64,000 bases of DNA from Octopus vulgaris (GCA_951406725.2 OX597814.1:86242001-86306000), one strand, 5' to 3'; counted from the first letter of the stretch, positions 12,170 through 25,967 are shown. The notes: generated by a model not told the origin, from the letters alone. Program-made: numbers and translations.

Positions 12170-12410
12170 CAGTGGTTCTCAACCATTTTTACCTATAGAC
12201 CCCTTTGATTCCTATTCCACTTCGGTTGACCCCCATAACTATTTGATGTTTTAAAAATCTTATTATATTTTTATAATTAAACATTATTAGGATGTGTATT
12301 TAACAAAAAAACTGTTGAAAATGGTAGAAGTGTGATCAATCTATTACACATAAATTTTAACAACAAAATCTTAGACCTTGGGTCATAGAGACCCCAGTTG
12401 TGAACCACTG
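12170..12410. mobile_element. hAT (Charlie/Buster-type) MITE
   Basis: TIRs cagtggttctcaac / gttgtgaaccactg; 8-bp TSD atctaaat / atccaaat. Confidence 0.85.
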
Positions 12411-12603
12411 ATCCAAATGAAAATTCTCCTTGAAAGATAGATGGAATGTTAAACTCATCCGCCTGTCAGCTGTCTGCAATGAGTGAATGACAATTGCGAT
12501 GTTGCTCTACAGTGCTTGTTGATCATAGTAACACAAAACGACATAGCAAAAAATACGGGTCTTACATCCTGTATGGCAATGCTCTAGTGCAAAATATAAA
12601 TAA

Positions 12604-12640
12604 CTAGCAGTATAGCCCGGCGTTGCTCGGGTTTGTTTTT
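12604..12640 (-). mobile_element. Helitron 3' terminus
   Basis: Minus strand caaacccgagcaacgccgggctatactgCTAG|t, nearly identical to the end of 25156-25462; 5' end not located. Confidence 0.7.
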
Positions 12641-12851
12641 TAGTTGCGCTTAAAACGGCAGACTTTGATGTCGCGTTAACAAAGTTTTGACATAGTTTCA
12701 ATCTATGAATAAAAGTATAGTGTGGCGATGCTCGAGTTTGCTCTGAATGTACTGCAAATGTGTAATGCCGACTTCAATTGTTGGTATTGTTGGTTAATAT
12801 TCCTTCTATTAACATTATGGAGAAAAAGTTTACCCGTAGATTTAAAGCAAA

Positions 12852-12937
<86 letters not shown>

Positions 12938-13524
12938 CCTTTCACTGATGTTAATGCTCTTCAGAAAGGAAACGTACGATACGATTCTATCGCTTCCTCC
13001 TTTCAAGCAAAGACATTCACTTCGATATTTAATGTCAACGAGAAACCAACTTGGAAACAAGGACAATCTTTGTCCGAAGACATTTTTGTATAGTTTCTAA
13101 AATGATATATGTGTTCAAGGCGCCTGACAAAATGCTTAACATCATTTCTGAGTTCAAATTCTGCCGAGGTTAAATTTGCCTTTCAGCCTTTTAGTAGAAA
13201 AATTATATGTGTTTCATGCTTTAAAGAGAATTCACTTCTGCAGCCCTCCTCAGTTATTCTCCATTAATTAGTTTGTTCTCATGCCTATAAAAACTTTTGT
13301 CACCAAATTAACCGTTCGCCATTGCTACAATAATCATCATGAATCATGTCCTTCCTTCATACTCCTCAAAAACTGTTTCACTTGCTGGCTCTTTTTATAT
13401 TAACTTTCCGCACTGAGATGACCGAAGTTGATATTTCAGAAAAGGTATCGATGATCCGTGAGATTAAATAAAGATTAATGTTACTGGCAACGAGGCGTCC
13501 TGCTTATAACATTAATCTCTACTT

Positions 13525-13685
13525 AGGCGTAGGCTGTGTGGTTAAGAAGCTCGTTTTGCAGCCATGTGTTTTCGGGTTCAGTCCCATTGCGCGGCAGATT
13601 GGGCAAATTTCTTCTACTATAGCTTTGGACCGACTAATATCTCGTGAGTGAATATGGTAGACGGAAATTGTAAAGAACACGTCGA

Positions 13686-13763
<78 letters not shown>

Positions 13764-13965
13764 GTGCGTGTGTGTGTGAATATATATGGTTGTTTAAGTT
13801 TGATTGTGCGTGTCTTTGTGTTTATGTTGTATTTGTTCCCCCACCACCCCTTAATAATTCGTGTTGGTTTCTTTACGTCCCCATAAGATAGTGGTCCTAC
13901 AAAAGTGACCGATAGAATAAGTATCAGACTTAAAAATAAGTACCAGGATCGAATTTTCGACTAAA
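13525..13965 (+). mobile_element. Diverged CORE-like SINE with internal (TG)n
   Basis: Colinear with 23510-23917. Confidence 0.75.
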
Positions 13966-13994
13966 TCCATCCTCTACCCAAGATCAATAACAAT

Positions 13995-14220
13995 TTTAAG
14001 ACGTCAACGGTAGTATGGCTATAATTAGAGCGAGACATCAACTATAGTACAGTAGTCATTAGAGCGAGGTGTCAGTGGTCAATAGAGAGCGGTGTCAAGC
14101 GAGGTGTCAGTGGTCAATAGAGAGCGGTGTCAACTAAGATGTCAACTATAGTATAGAGGTCAATAGTGGGCGGTGCCAATGGTAGTGTAGTGGTGATGAG
14201 ATAGAGCAAGATGTCAACGA
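13995..14220. repeat. Degenerate ~35-bp minisatellite
   Basis: Exact tandem of agcgaggtgtcagtggtcaatagagagcggtgtca at ~14063-14132 plus diverged flanking units. Confidence 0.7.
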
Positions 14221-14469
14221 AGTTCGAGTCCAACTAGGTTTTCACTTACCTTTAAAATGAGTGCAACGCCCGCTTTGTTTAAAAAATATTAGTAAATATT
14301 ATTACTTTGCCTTTCGTCCTTTCGAGGTCAATAAAATGAAGTACCATTCAAGTGTTGGACCGATATAATCGATTTGCCTCTTTCCCCCAAAACTGCTGAT
14401 CTTGTGCCAAAATTAAATTTAGAAAGAATTATTACGGTTATAATTTATATCATTGTTGCTATGTTAATA

Positions 14470-14680
14470 TTGGTTTCAAATTTTGGCACAAAACCAGCAA
14501 GTTGGCGGGAGGAGTATGTCGATTACATCGGTTCCAGTGATCAACTGGTACTTATTTTATCGGCACCGAAAGGATGAAAGGCAAAATCGACCTCGGCGGA
14601 ATTTGAACTCAGAACGTAAGGACGGACGAAATGCTGCTAAGCATTTTGCCCTGTGTGCTAATGATTCTGCCAATTCACTG
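14470..14680 (-). mobile_element. Nin-core SINE (tail type ggtttcaaattttggcaca)
   Basis: Core and head as in 10218-10447, different tail. Confidence 0.8.
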
Positions 14681-14765
14681 CTTTTGGTTTGAAATTTTGA
14701 TACAAGGCCAGCAATTGTTAGGGCTGGTGCAAGTCGCCGCCCTTGCTATTATGTTAATAACTAGT

Positions 14766-15078
14766 ACTCCGTCGGTTACGACGACGTGAGCTCCAGTTGA
14801 TCCGATCAACGGAACAGCCTGCTCGTGAAATCAACGTTCAAGTGGCTGAGTACTCCACATGTACCTTTAACGTAGTTCTCAGGAAGATTCAGCGTGACAC
14901 GGAATGTGACAAGGTTGGACTTTGAATTATAACTACTACTCATTTTTGCCAGTTGAGTCAAGTGGAGCAACGCGAAATAAAGTGTCTTGCTCAAGGACAC
15001 AACGCATCGCCGGGAATCGAAATTACGACCCTACGATCGTGATCCGAATACACTAACCACTAAGCCACGCGCCTTCAC
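14766..15078 (-). mobile_element. tRNA-headed SINE family 3
   Basis: Minus head ggcgcgtggcttagtggttag..ttcgattccc, core tgtgtccttgagcaagacacttt, tail ..gtcgtcgtaaccgacggagt; further copies at 45998-46303 and 61073-61390. Confidence 0.85.
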
Positions 15079-15534
15079 TGGTATGTTATTACATCTTTAA
15101 TTGGTTATTTGATCCTCAAATAATAATCCTTTCTACTATGAGCACAAGGCCTGGATCTTGTGGGGATGGGTATTTTCGATTATATCGACCCCAGTGTTTC
15201 ACTATTAATTTATTGACCCCGAAAGAATGAAAGGCAAACCCCCAAATGATAATGACAGTAACATCTAGAATAAGTTTTTCTTTTTGCTAGTTCTTTCGGT
15301 TTGGTTATAAGTTTTTTTGTTTTTTTTTTACAGTATTCTAAAAATATGTTCACTTTCACGATAGTGGATTAGTTGATTCAGGCAAGTTGACGGACAACTC
15401 ACAGTAGTGGATTTCATCCCTTTTACTTTCTTAGTTCAAATATTCGCCGGAGATAAGATAAAACTCCTGTCAATACTAGTCCATATAATCGATTTTCTTC
15501 TTCACTCAAAATCTATAATGTCGTACATAGATAT

Positions 15535-16236
15535 GTTTCTTTATTAGCCACACAGGGCTGCACACAGATAGAACAAATTACAAGGTAGAGCTTTTCTTTT
15601 GAAGGTTTAAAAAAAAAAATAATAATAATAATAATAAAATAAAAAATAAAATAAAATAAAAAGGGGGGGTCGATCAAAAGGGATCGTAAAAGGAGAGAAA
15701 GAGGACAAAAAAAGGGGGGGTTAAAAAAAGGGGGAGAAAAAAAAATTGATCAATAGGGATCGTTATCACAGAAATGTCAATATGAAGTGTAAAGGGGAGG
15801 ACAGGTGAGGTTTACCCGTGGAAAGAAAAGCCTACGGAAAAGACCACGGTAACCTCGGTCAATGAAGTCACATGTTATATTTCTTTTTTTTTTTTTTTTT
15901 GCAAATAAGCAACTCTCTGTATTAATTTTTACGGTTCATAGAATCATAGTCAAGGTGGCTTCCTCATTCATACGTGCCATCCTTGCTACATTCACCCATC
16001 TTTTTTTAAAACATTCACTAGACAAAACTTGCCTCTCTACTCTCACTTTTTTCTTCAAGTGATACTTGAAGAAGTTGATGAGAGATTGACCAGAGAGGAA
16101 AGTGTTTGTCTCTAATCCTTTCAGACGCGTCCACCAGATACATTCTTTCGCCATAGCCACAAGTATGATAAAAATAGCTCTTCCTTCCCGTTTGAAGGAA
16201 GGAGGCGTGACGATATTAACGATAGACTCGGCGGAT
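15535..16236 (-). mobile_element. 5'-truncated Tx1/L1-like LINE (ORF2 C-terminus + 3' UTR)
   Basis: Near-identical coding sequence to 26430-26730 (AESIVNIVTPPSFKREGRAIFIILVAMAKECIWWTR...), same 3' tail. Confidence 0.85.
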
Positions 16237-17286
16237 TTCCTCGAACTAATAATTTTTGAGTCTGTCGTATACAATGCTTTAGTTGGAAGTTCATTGATAT
16301 GTTTTAAATCACCTACATCTATAGAAAGCAGCCTTTAGTTAAAACCAATTGTTTAGTTACTTAACTAATTCCAGCGACTACATAGCATCTGATACTCTTT
16401 ATATATAATGAGGGAAAAGCAAAACAAAAATAAAATAACAAAAAGAGGGTAAAAAGGTGAAGGACATCTGAATGTTTTTGTTGTTAAATCTTTTTGTAGT
16501 CTTTATGAATGGAAATATCTTATTTATGAGTCTTGGAAATGAATCTTACCTCCGACATTGGTAACCTTTTAAAAGGCCGGTTTCAAAATGTCATTCGAAT
16601 ATATAGTTTCATGAGAATCTCCACAAAAGCATAACGGTGATTCCATATGACCTGTTCCTGAGAGAATATAGTTTGAAAGAATATAGCTTGTTCATAGCTA
16701 ACAGAGTATTCTATTAACGTTGTTCAATATTTCACACGTTTTAGATATATGCTGCTAAATCTGGTTGAGATATTGCCAACGGGGAAGTTTCTACGCATTT
16801 ACTTGACTTACTAGAAATAGCAGACAAGTCTCTATAAATTACGCTCTACCGTCTTAAAAAATAGTGAAAGGTAAAGAATACACTGAATGATGAGAGTGTA
16901 TTTTCACATTTCAATACATATTACGACCAGATTATATCGTGATGCTACTGGAAGAATAGAATCATTGGGAAGAAAATCAGTTACAGCTTAAGAATTTTAA
17001 ACATATTTATATGCAGTTCCTTAGGCAAGCGACTTCTACTATAGTCCGGAGCCGACCAATGCTTTGTGCGTGCATTTGTTAGACAGAAGCAGTATGGAAG
17101 ACCGTCGTATGTGGGTGTGGGTGTGCGCGCGCGCGTTGTACGTGATTGTGAGTATATAACGGGAAGCTTTATGAAAATAGACAAAAGACGAAGGCAGGTT
17201 TACGGAAATAAACAAAAGACGAAGGCAGGTGGAATACAAACAAACAATTGTATTAGTATGGCGCTCAGGAAATATAAATAAAACAA

Positions 17287-17325
17287 GTCTTTAACGTTTC
17301 GAGCCTACGCTCTTCAACAGAAAGA
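17287..17325 (-). ncRNA. Hammerhead-like motif (variant core) in a Penelope-like fragment
   Basis: Minus tcttt-CTGTTGA-a-gagc-gtag-gctc-GAAA-c-GTT-aaaga: all three stems present, but core reads CUGUUGA instead of CUGANGA. Confidence 0.5.
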
Positions 17326-17444
17326 TACACAGAGAAAAAACACAGAAAGAAGGAGAGAAAAAAAATATGCGTGCAGAAGCTAGCGAATCAACATGGCGAT
17401 TGTGAGTATATATGTATTTATCGATCTATCTATCTACCTATATA

Positions 17445-19133
17445 CAGGTATACCTCACCCTGAGTCGTTAATTAGTATCAGGAGGCACGACTTAAGTAGA
17501 AAAATGACCTAGGCTAGCCTAGCCTAAAATGCTAACAGCCATTCCCCAGAGCTGTACTTTATTTATGAATACATTTTCGATAAGATATGGTAAATAAAAA
17601 CATATTTTAAGTTTACAAACAAAAGTATTTATTATTTTGTAATACAGTAAAAAAAACTAAAGTATTTTAAATTTACCAATACGTACAATGTGGTGGTCGC
17701 TAATAGCCATTCCCCAGTGCTCTACTTTATTTATGAATGCATTTTCAATAAGACACGGTTAATAAAAAACTATTTTAAAGCTTACAAACAAATAATTATT
17801 ATTTTGAAAACCCTTAACAGAAATCCCCTTCTCCTTATAATACTTTTCTGCTGCTGGGATAAAAATGATTAAAGAACCAAGCTTCAAAAATAATAACAGT
17901 AACCCACGCTTTTGACTTAGCCATCCTTATAACAGGGAGAGATGCCTTGGGTGTGTTCTTCAGGGTACGGGGGTTGTGTGCATGATACACAAGCAGTGGC
18001 TTTGATTTAAAATCTCCTGCACAATTTAAAATCTTAATTTAAAATCTCCTGCACATTATGGTCACACGTTCTTTTGAGACCCTGTAACCTGGAATTGTTT
18101 TCTCCTTGAAATGAATGAACAATCTGGCAATTTCTTCCAATATAATCCAGCCTCATCTACGTTGAATATTTGCTCGAGAAGAATCCCGTTTTCTTCGATG
18201 ATCTTCAATGTCGCAGGAAATTTCGTTGCTGCGTCAGCTGATGCGCTTTCACCTTGCTTCACAAGGAAGTGATAACTTCTCCGGTTTTTAAATCTCATAA
18301 GCCATCTTTGATTTGCCTTGAACTCTACATCTTTCTTATCTGGTTATTTTTTCTTCAGGTCCTCAAACAAAGACAACGCTTTCTCAGAACGATTTCTTGA
18401 CTAAGAGTAGCATTCTGACGATTCTGACGATTCTGCCTATCAATCCAAATAGACTGAAGACTCCATTTCTTCAAAGATTTTGCCTCTTTTCTTGTTGATG
18501 ACAATGTTCTTCATTCCTGAAACTTGAGATGTGATATGTGTTAAAACCTTGTCCTTATTATGCACAATCCGACTCACCCCGAAAGAGAATGCAATCGCTA
18601 CAACTTTTTCACCTTTATCATGACGTTTTATCATCGCCAACTTATCCTCCAACGTTTATAGCATGATGCTTAGTACTTTCACCGGGACTTTAATTTTTGG
18701 GGGCAAAAATTAAAGTTACAAATGAATGTAAATGAGAGAATCTAAACGATAAACAGGTGTAAATAAATCTGAATTCAAAGCAATCGCGAGAACTACGACG
18801 ACGCCTAACGGTAGCTATTGGAACTACCAATGCAATATGAACTCTGATAGACAGATAGATAAGACAACACAGCTGATTTCATGATTTGGTGAACTAGGCT
18901 ACACTACTGCATTTTAATATGATTTTATATGCTTTTATTCTTATTTATTTTAACATGATTTTATATGCTTTTATTTTTTTAATGTTTTTACGATTCCAAT
19001 ATTATTGGCGGACCGACGTAAAATCGAGTAAAACAACTTAAATTGATTTTTATTTTTCTATATATTATTTTTGAAAACCGACGTATCTTCGAGAATGACC
19101 TAAGTTGAAACGACTTAAGCCGAGGTATCCCTG
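17445..19133 (-). mobile_element. Degenerate Tigger/pogo transposon
   Basis: TA-flanked TIRs caggtatacctcaccctgagtcgtt / aacgacttaagccgaggtatccctg; broken ORFs EDKLAMIKRHDKGEKVVAIA (psq-type HTH) and QGESASADA..QIFNVDEAGLYWKKLP (start of DDE domain). Confidence 0.9.
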
Positions 19134-19214
<81 letters not shown>

Positions 19215-20433
19215 GTCTATGTGAGTGAGTGTGTCTATCTTACTGTTTGTAACCCCCAACAATTATCACTTGACAAATAGAGTTGGTTTGTTTACGTTCC
19301 AGTAACCAAGCGGTTCGCCAAACGTGACCGATAACATAAGTACTAGGGTCGATTTGTTCGGCTAAAATCAATTAGAATCAGTATGATATTGTGTGATACA
19401 GCCCCTCCGACAGGTTTCTAAATGGTTTTGGTCTGTCTAATTCACTTATAATGCTTGAGTCGACCCAAATCTATGATAAAGCACATGTCCAAGTTGCCAC
19501 AAAGTAAAATTGGAGCCAAGACCACTTTGTTTTAGTCTGATATCCGGCAATCTTAATTAAATTTTGCCAGTCCAGTGAATCATATATGATACATAGGACA
19601 TATTTCCGGGCATCCAAGCACCATATATAATACAACTTCCCATTTTTTCAACTACTAGAGTAACTTGGGACTTACCAAAGCAAAATCTTTATATTACTCA
19701 TAACAAAGGGCAAACAAAATGTCTGAAAACAAGCTCGAACGTTCAGGACAAATTTATGAATACGCTTTGGACATACAAAGGCAACATTATACAGTTATGA
19801 AAAAAGTGTGGTTGATTTAGATGAAACGTTAGACAACTGGATAAAAAAAGTATCAAACAGTCTTTAGATTCACCAGTTTTTTTGTTTTAATTCAATTCGA
19901 GCAGATATTGCCTTTCATCACTACAATAGCAATAAAATAAACATCAGAAACATTTTGAAGCGATTGAATTGACTTAATAAGTCCTTTCTAATTAAAATAG
20001 ATCGTTTTTTTTTTCTTTCTTTTAATTTAAAAACGCTAGCGACATCAGATATTTGGGTTTCCAGAAGAATTAAGATGGCCAATCAATATGAATAAAAAAT
20101 AACATTGCAATTGAGAGAGGGAAACAAGAAACAGAAAACGTTCTGGAAACTCAGATTTTGAAAATGTTGGTTTCCATTGTCAATTTGGGATTCTAGTTAT
20201 TGAAGCCGCAATTGAAATCAATAGCGGCGTCCAGATTCTGATAGCGGAATACAAGAAACTACTGTCTGAAATATTGGTATTTGTATCAGGCATGTGCTTT
20301 AATCGACAGAAATCAATATAAAATATGTGCGTCTACATGCGTGCGTGAGTGTAAGTATGTGTATATATGTATGTACATGTTCGTGTGTTTGTGTGCGTGC
20401 GTGTACGTATGTGTGTGTGAGTGTGTGTGTACA

Positions 20434-20476
<43 letters not shown>

Positions 20477-20959
20477 CGTGATTGGTTCATTATTTATAAT
20501 CCGCCTCTAATTAATATTTCGCATTATCAATAATCCACTTATTTCATCACTGATGCCTGTGTAATTATGGCTGTTAGATTCCTTGTTTTATTTTGGTTGG
20601 TTATTTCTTCTTTACTTATTGTGCCCACAGAGAGATGGTGAAAGGATTGGACGGGGTTGTGATGTGAACGATCGTTTCTTGACCCTTTCATGTAACCGTT
20701 TTCAAGGGGGACACAGACAGACAGACAGATAGACACAGATAGAAAGAAGGGGAAAATCCAACTTAGTACTTGACGGGAACTTTACTTGTGAATCTTGGAC
20801 ATAACTGCACCCGGTTGTAGGGCCTTGATTCTGGGATTCCAGGGTTTTGAGAAATATGCAGGTACCTATTTACCACTATTGTTCTCATGTCTACTCTGAC
20901 AAAGAGGGTCCCATCAAAGTGTTAATTAGAGTATTAGGGTTTTCCTACCTGTTCATGTG

Positions 20960-21290
20960 AAAACTGGATCCGTTGGACTCTGCAGAAGAAGTTTCATGGA
21001 TCAACGGTGGAGAAGGCAGTTGCAACAGCGCATTATGAGGTGCGTGGAGCAAGACAAGGCAAGTAAGACATCTTGATCATCCACTGCACTTGTCTACATC
21101 CCCAGTTATCTTGACTCAGTCTTGCCAGTGGATTGAAGATGGTCACGGACGAAAGGATGAGGTTGACGGTGCGCGAATCTTCTTCACTTTAAATAAAATC
21201 ACTGTGCAAATCACCAGTCACCCTTAAGAGTGACTAGAAGCTCCTGTCGCTCCGACGGTCGAACACATCGTTTGTGAAGCCTGAAGAGTT
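20960..21290 (+). mobile_element. Probable RTE-type 5' UTR fragment
   Basis: Resembles RTE 5' leader (ttgcaacag..tggagcaagaca..catccactgca); recognition from memory only. Confidence 0.35.
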
Positions 21291-21665
21291 AAAAGGGAAA
21301 GCTAGTTTCAGCAGGATTTGAATTCAAATACCTCGGTGATATTTATTCCAATCTTCTCGCACTCTCTAAGTTCAATTCATGCTGAGATCAACTTTGCTTT
21401 TAATTCTTCCGGGATCGAGAAATAAGATACCAATCTCGAAAGGTTAACGGGCAGAATTGTTAGGGCGTCGGGCAGAATATCTTGTGGTGTTTGTTCCGGC
21501 TTTGTGTGTCCTGAGTTCAAATCTCACCGAAGTCAAAACTTCAATTTTCATCCTTTCGAATTCGATGGAAAAAAGTACCAGCCAAGTACTGATGGTTCGA
21601 TATACTCTACAAAATCCACCTCTCAAAACTCAGACTTCATTTTTAAATTAGAAACAGTTTTAAAT

Positions 21666-21729
<64 letters not shown>

Positions 21730-21954
21730 TATTGTATCTCGAACGGGAAACGAAAGTACAAAAACGTCAGATGGAGATAAGAATCGACAAATGAAAATAT
21801 GAGCGGGAGAGGTTTTAGAATGATGAAGCGAAACAAAGGTAGGACATGCAAAGGAGTAATAATTAATAAGCTGTATCACTTAGGAGCAGATGACGCTAGT
21901 AATAGAAAAAGAGAGAGTGAGAGAAAGAAAAAGAGAGAGAGAGAGAGAGAGAGC

Positions 21955-22007
<53 letters not shown>

Positions 22008-22820
22008 GGCGGAAACAGCAGCAAATAAGATGAATATCAGTCAACGATGGTAATGCTGAAATCAAAAGTCTGTGTCTGAAGTTGATAGAGATCGATAAAC
22101 ATAGGAAACGATCTGGTTGGTCTACAATATTTCCGGGAAGAAAGGACTATGTACAACGTATTGAAAATAGGGTAGTGAGAAAGTGTGGAGTGGAGTAGAT
22201 GGGAGATGGTGATTGAAACTTGAAGGGTGAGTGATGTTACGGTGTATGGTATGTTGCAGTGCGATGATAACTGGGATCAAAGGAAATAATGATGTTTGAT
22301 ATAAGAGAAATGAAGGTTGTATTAGGAGAAGAGTACTGAGGGGTGGTGATATTGCGGTGCAGCTACGACTGCTGTAATTGTTCCTAATGGAGGTGATGAT
22401 GTTGATATTGTTGTTTTACATATATGTGTATATAGTTCAGTGGTTAGAATATCGGGCTTACAATCATAGAATAGTGGGTTAAGATTCCCGGACCAGGTTG
22501 TGTGTTGTGCTCTCAACTATTTCAAATAATTGAATTTGATGAGTTAGCAGAGAGTTTAAATAAATGACTGAAAATGTTGCTTTATAGATACACTTTTACA
22601 AAATTCAAATTTTGCTTTCCACACAACCACTTACGGTGTTTGACTTTTCCTTCATTGTGAAAAGTACAATGAAGGAGGGAAGAGCGGGGTAAGATTTTTT
22701 TTTCTTTTAATGTGAGTTACGTATGTTTCAGAATGTAGAATGAGATAAAATGACAGAAAATTACGAAAAACGAAAAGATCATTTTTGTGGTTGTTGCTGT
22801 TCCAAAGGCATGATGAGTGT

Positions 22821-22855
<35 letters not shown>

Positions 22856-22907
22856 TGTTTGTGAGTGAGTGTGTACGTGTGTGTGTGCGCATATATATGC
22901 GTGTGTT

Positions 22908-22944
<37 letters not shown>

Positions 22945-23509
22945 AAGAGAGATGGGGTGGCGATACCAACATTTAAAAGACATGGACTTAAAAAATTCTT
23001 TTTTTAAAGCGGCTTCCCTTCATTGTTTTGCAATGCGTGAAGAAGAAAAAAGTGGGGAACACCCCGACAAAAATGAGAAAATTCAAAGAGCTATTTTCAA
23101 AAGTCTGCTGTTCGAGTTTCCAGTAAGGCGGGGCACAATGAGTAATATTTATTGCATTTTTGATTTTGAAGAAAATGTATTTTATACAAATGTTCACTAC
23201 CTTGCCTAAATTATATCAGCGAAGTAAAGATCTTCTCTAAATGCAGTAAAACCTATAACACATTCAGAACACTTTTTCAGAAAATTATCACTGTTCTCTT
23301 TGAGCATATAAAAGACAAATTTACGCGGGGCAAAATGGGTAAGACAAAATAAGGTAAATATGCTCTGCTAGTTGTCCAGGATTAAATTTGAAAAAAGAGT
23401 CATACACACAAAGAGTCATCCTTAGATATCAGAAAGATCAGAAATGTAAAAAAAAATATTTTAAATATCTTGGTCAAATGAAAGAACATTATGAAAAAAT
23501 AAGCACATA

Positions 23510-23917
23510 GGCGCAGGAGTGGCTGTGTGGTAAGTAGCTTGCTAACCAACCACATGGTTCCGGGTTCAGTCCCACTGCGTGGCATTTTGGGCAAGTGTCT
23601 TCTGCTATAGCCCCGGGCCGACCAAAGCCTTGTGAGTGGATTTGGTAGACGGAAACTAAAAGAAGCCTGTCGTATATATGTATATATATGTATGTGTGTG
23701 TTTGCGTGTCTGTGTTTGCCCCCCTAGCATTGCTTGACAACCAATGCTGGTGTGTTTACGTCCCCGTCACTTAGCAGTTCGGCAAAAGAGACCGATAGAA
23801 TAAGTACTGGGCTTACAAAGAATAAGTCCTGGGGTCGATTTGCTCGACTAAAGGCGGTGCTCCAGCATGGCCGCAGTCAAATGACTGAAACAAGTAAAAG
23901 AGTAAAAGAGTAAAAGA
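23510..23917 (+). mobile_element. Full-length CORE-like tRNA SINE with internal microsatellite
   Basis: A box tggctgtgtgg, B box ggttcagtccc, core ttgggcaagtgtcttct, internal (TA)/(TG), tail (gtaaaaga)3. Confidence 0.9.
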
Positions 23918-25155
23918 CATATGCAATTAATGAAACTCAGCTAAATCTAAAAACTCAGCATAAAACATTCTTTATAGCTTTTTCATCAAAAATTGTTGAG
24001 ATATTTTATTAGCTACCTCAATTATAATCGAGTCAAATTTGAGTAAAACTATCTTGAAAATAGTACCTGTCACCTCTATTTCAAACTCTCAACTTCAACA
24101 ACTATGTAAACAAAGGGTTCTCAACCTTTTTTACCCGTGGACCCCTTTGATTCCTATATTACTCCTGTGGAACCCCCACCACCACTATACCCATTCGATG
24201 TTTAAAAACTAATACTGTATTTATATAATTAAATATTATTAGGACTTGTAAAAATTTGTTAAAATATTTTGTATACTGTAGATCTATAACCAATTTCTTA
24301 ACAACTAAACGAGTCATAAATATACAAATATGATAAATAAAATAAATGCACCCTTTTAAAGGCTAACCAGGGTCATGGGCCCAGTTTCTCGGTTTCTATG
24401 GCGGATGTGTTCCCCAGCTGGAGGGGACGCCAGTCCATCGCAGTTTTGCGCAAGAACACAACGCGTCGCCCAATCCAGGAATCGAAACCACAATCTTACG
24501 ATCATGATGCTGACACCCTAACTACTAAGCCACACGACTCCACAAATATGCAAATATATATTTATTAAAATAAGTGTTAATTTCTTTAATGCAAGTCTGG
24601 TGGTTGGTGCTGTTCTGCTAGTTTTAAAATATTTGACTCCAACGTTATCAATGATAATCGAAGCTCAATTTTTTCTACCACGTCGATTCGATGAAGAGCT
24701 TTTTAACAGTAAGTTAGTGACATGGTTGAAAATAGATTCAACAAGGTAAGATAAAGGAAAAGCAGTAAAGTACAACTGCGCTTACTCACCAGAATAGTGG
24801 ATACTTTGCAGCAATGTCATTTCTTTTCCATACATTATGTTCTCCATCTTTAAATCTTGCCTGAAATATTTCACCACTCTGCAATTCAATGAGATTCTTC
24901 TGCAAACAGATATCTATATCAGCAACATTCACTTCAAAAATAAATGTCACCCAACGTGATATATTTAACTTCAGCAGGTCGTTAAACTGAGCTTGCATAT
25001 CAATACACAAGTTCTTCAAATGTTCAGTATACAAGGCCATCATCATGCAGATTACTATTAATTGATTCCAAACTAGGAAATTGTAAGAATACATAAGATA
25101 CAATATATATTTTCTAAAGCAAAACACTTCATTTATTATATTATATTATATTATA

Positions 25156-25462
25156 TCTTTATATATAAAACTGGAGTTGTGTGTGTGAGAGTCTGTCTCC
25201 TCCGATTTAGATTCCTAACTACTCCCACATTTTCCGGTGCAGTTTAACCAAAAGTATCTTATAGTCGTGATTCATATCGAGCCCTTCTGGGTATTAGCGC
25301 GCGTCTACGATGAGTCTACGATTTATAAAATAATTTACCATCATTTTTTTTCGTTTTCTTATTGCATTTTTACTCGGTTTTATATAAGGGAAGTAACTCT
25401 CTAAAAATGCTTATATAGTTATTTCCCTTACAAACCCGAGAAACGCCGGGTGATACTGCTAG
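25156..25462 (+). mobile_element. Non-autonomous Helitron
   Basis: a|TCTTTATATATAAAA ... cccgagaaacgccggg hairpin, 3' CTAG|t; A/T target without TSD. Confidence 0.85.
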
Positions 25463-25478
25463 TTATATTATATTTTTG

Positions 25479-25565
25479 TGCAGCTGAAGATTGCTCTACA
25501 TTTTAAACTAATGTAATGTTTGTATTGTTCAATTAAATGAAGTCGCATGAAACGATCGTACTGCA
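25479..25565 (+). ncRNA. Type I hammerhead ribozyme motif with long stem II (Penelope-like)
   Basis: tgcag-CTGAAGA(25484-25490)-long AU stem-GAAA(25549-25552)-cgatc-GTA-ctgca: 5-bp stem I, palindromic ACGATCGT stem III, GUA triplet. Confidence 0.75.
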
Positions 25566-25907
25566 TTACCTCTGGACATCCTTGCTGCTTATTTTGATTA
25601 TATATACATACATACATACATACATACATACATACATACATACATACATACATACATGTATACATAGTGAAACTATTAAAAGTGTGTTACTTGGTCGAAG
25701 GTTTCACTATTCTTCGAGTTTTGTGACATAATACGGAAGCAGTGCCAATGTTGCAGTGTTTTAATACAAAAAAATTACATGTTGACTATCCTGGGGTCTC
25801 ATAGTATTACCATGTAAATTTGATTTGATTTGGTGGAGCCGTTTGAGAATGCATTGAGAACAGACAGATCTACAAAGGATTTGATAGATAGATAAATAGA
25901 TAGGTAA

Positions 25908-25966
<59 letters not shown>

Positions 25967-25967
<1 letters not shown>

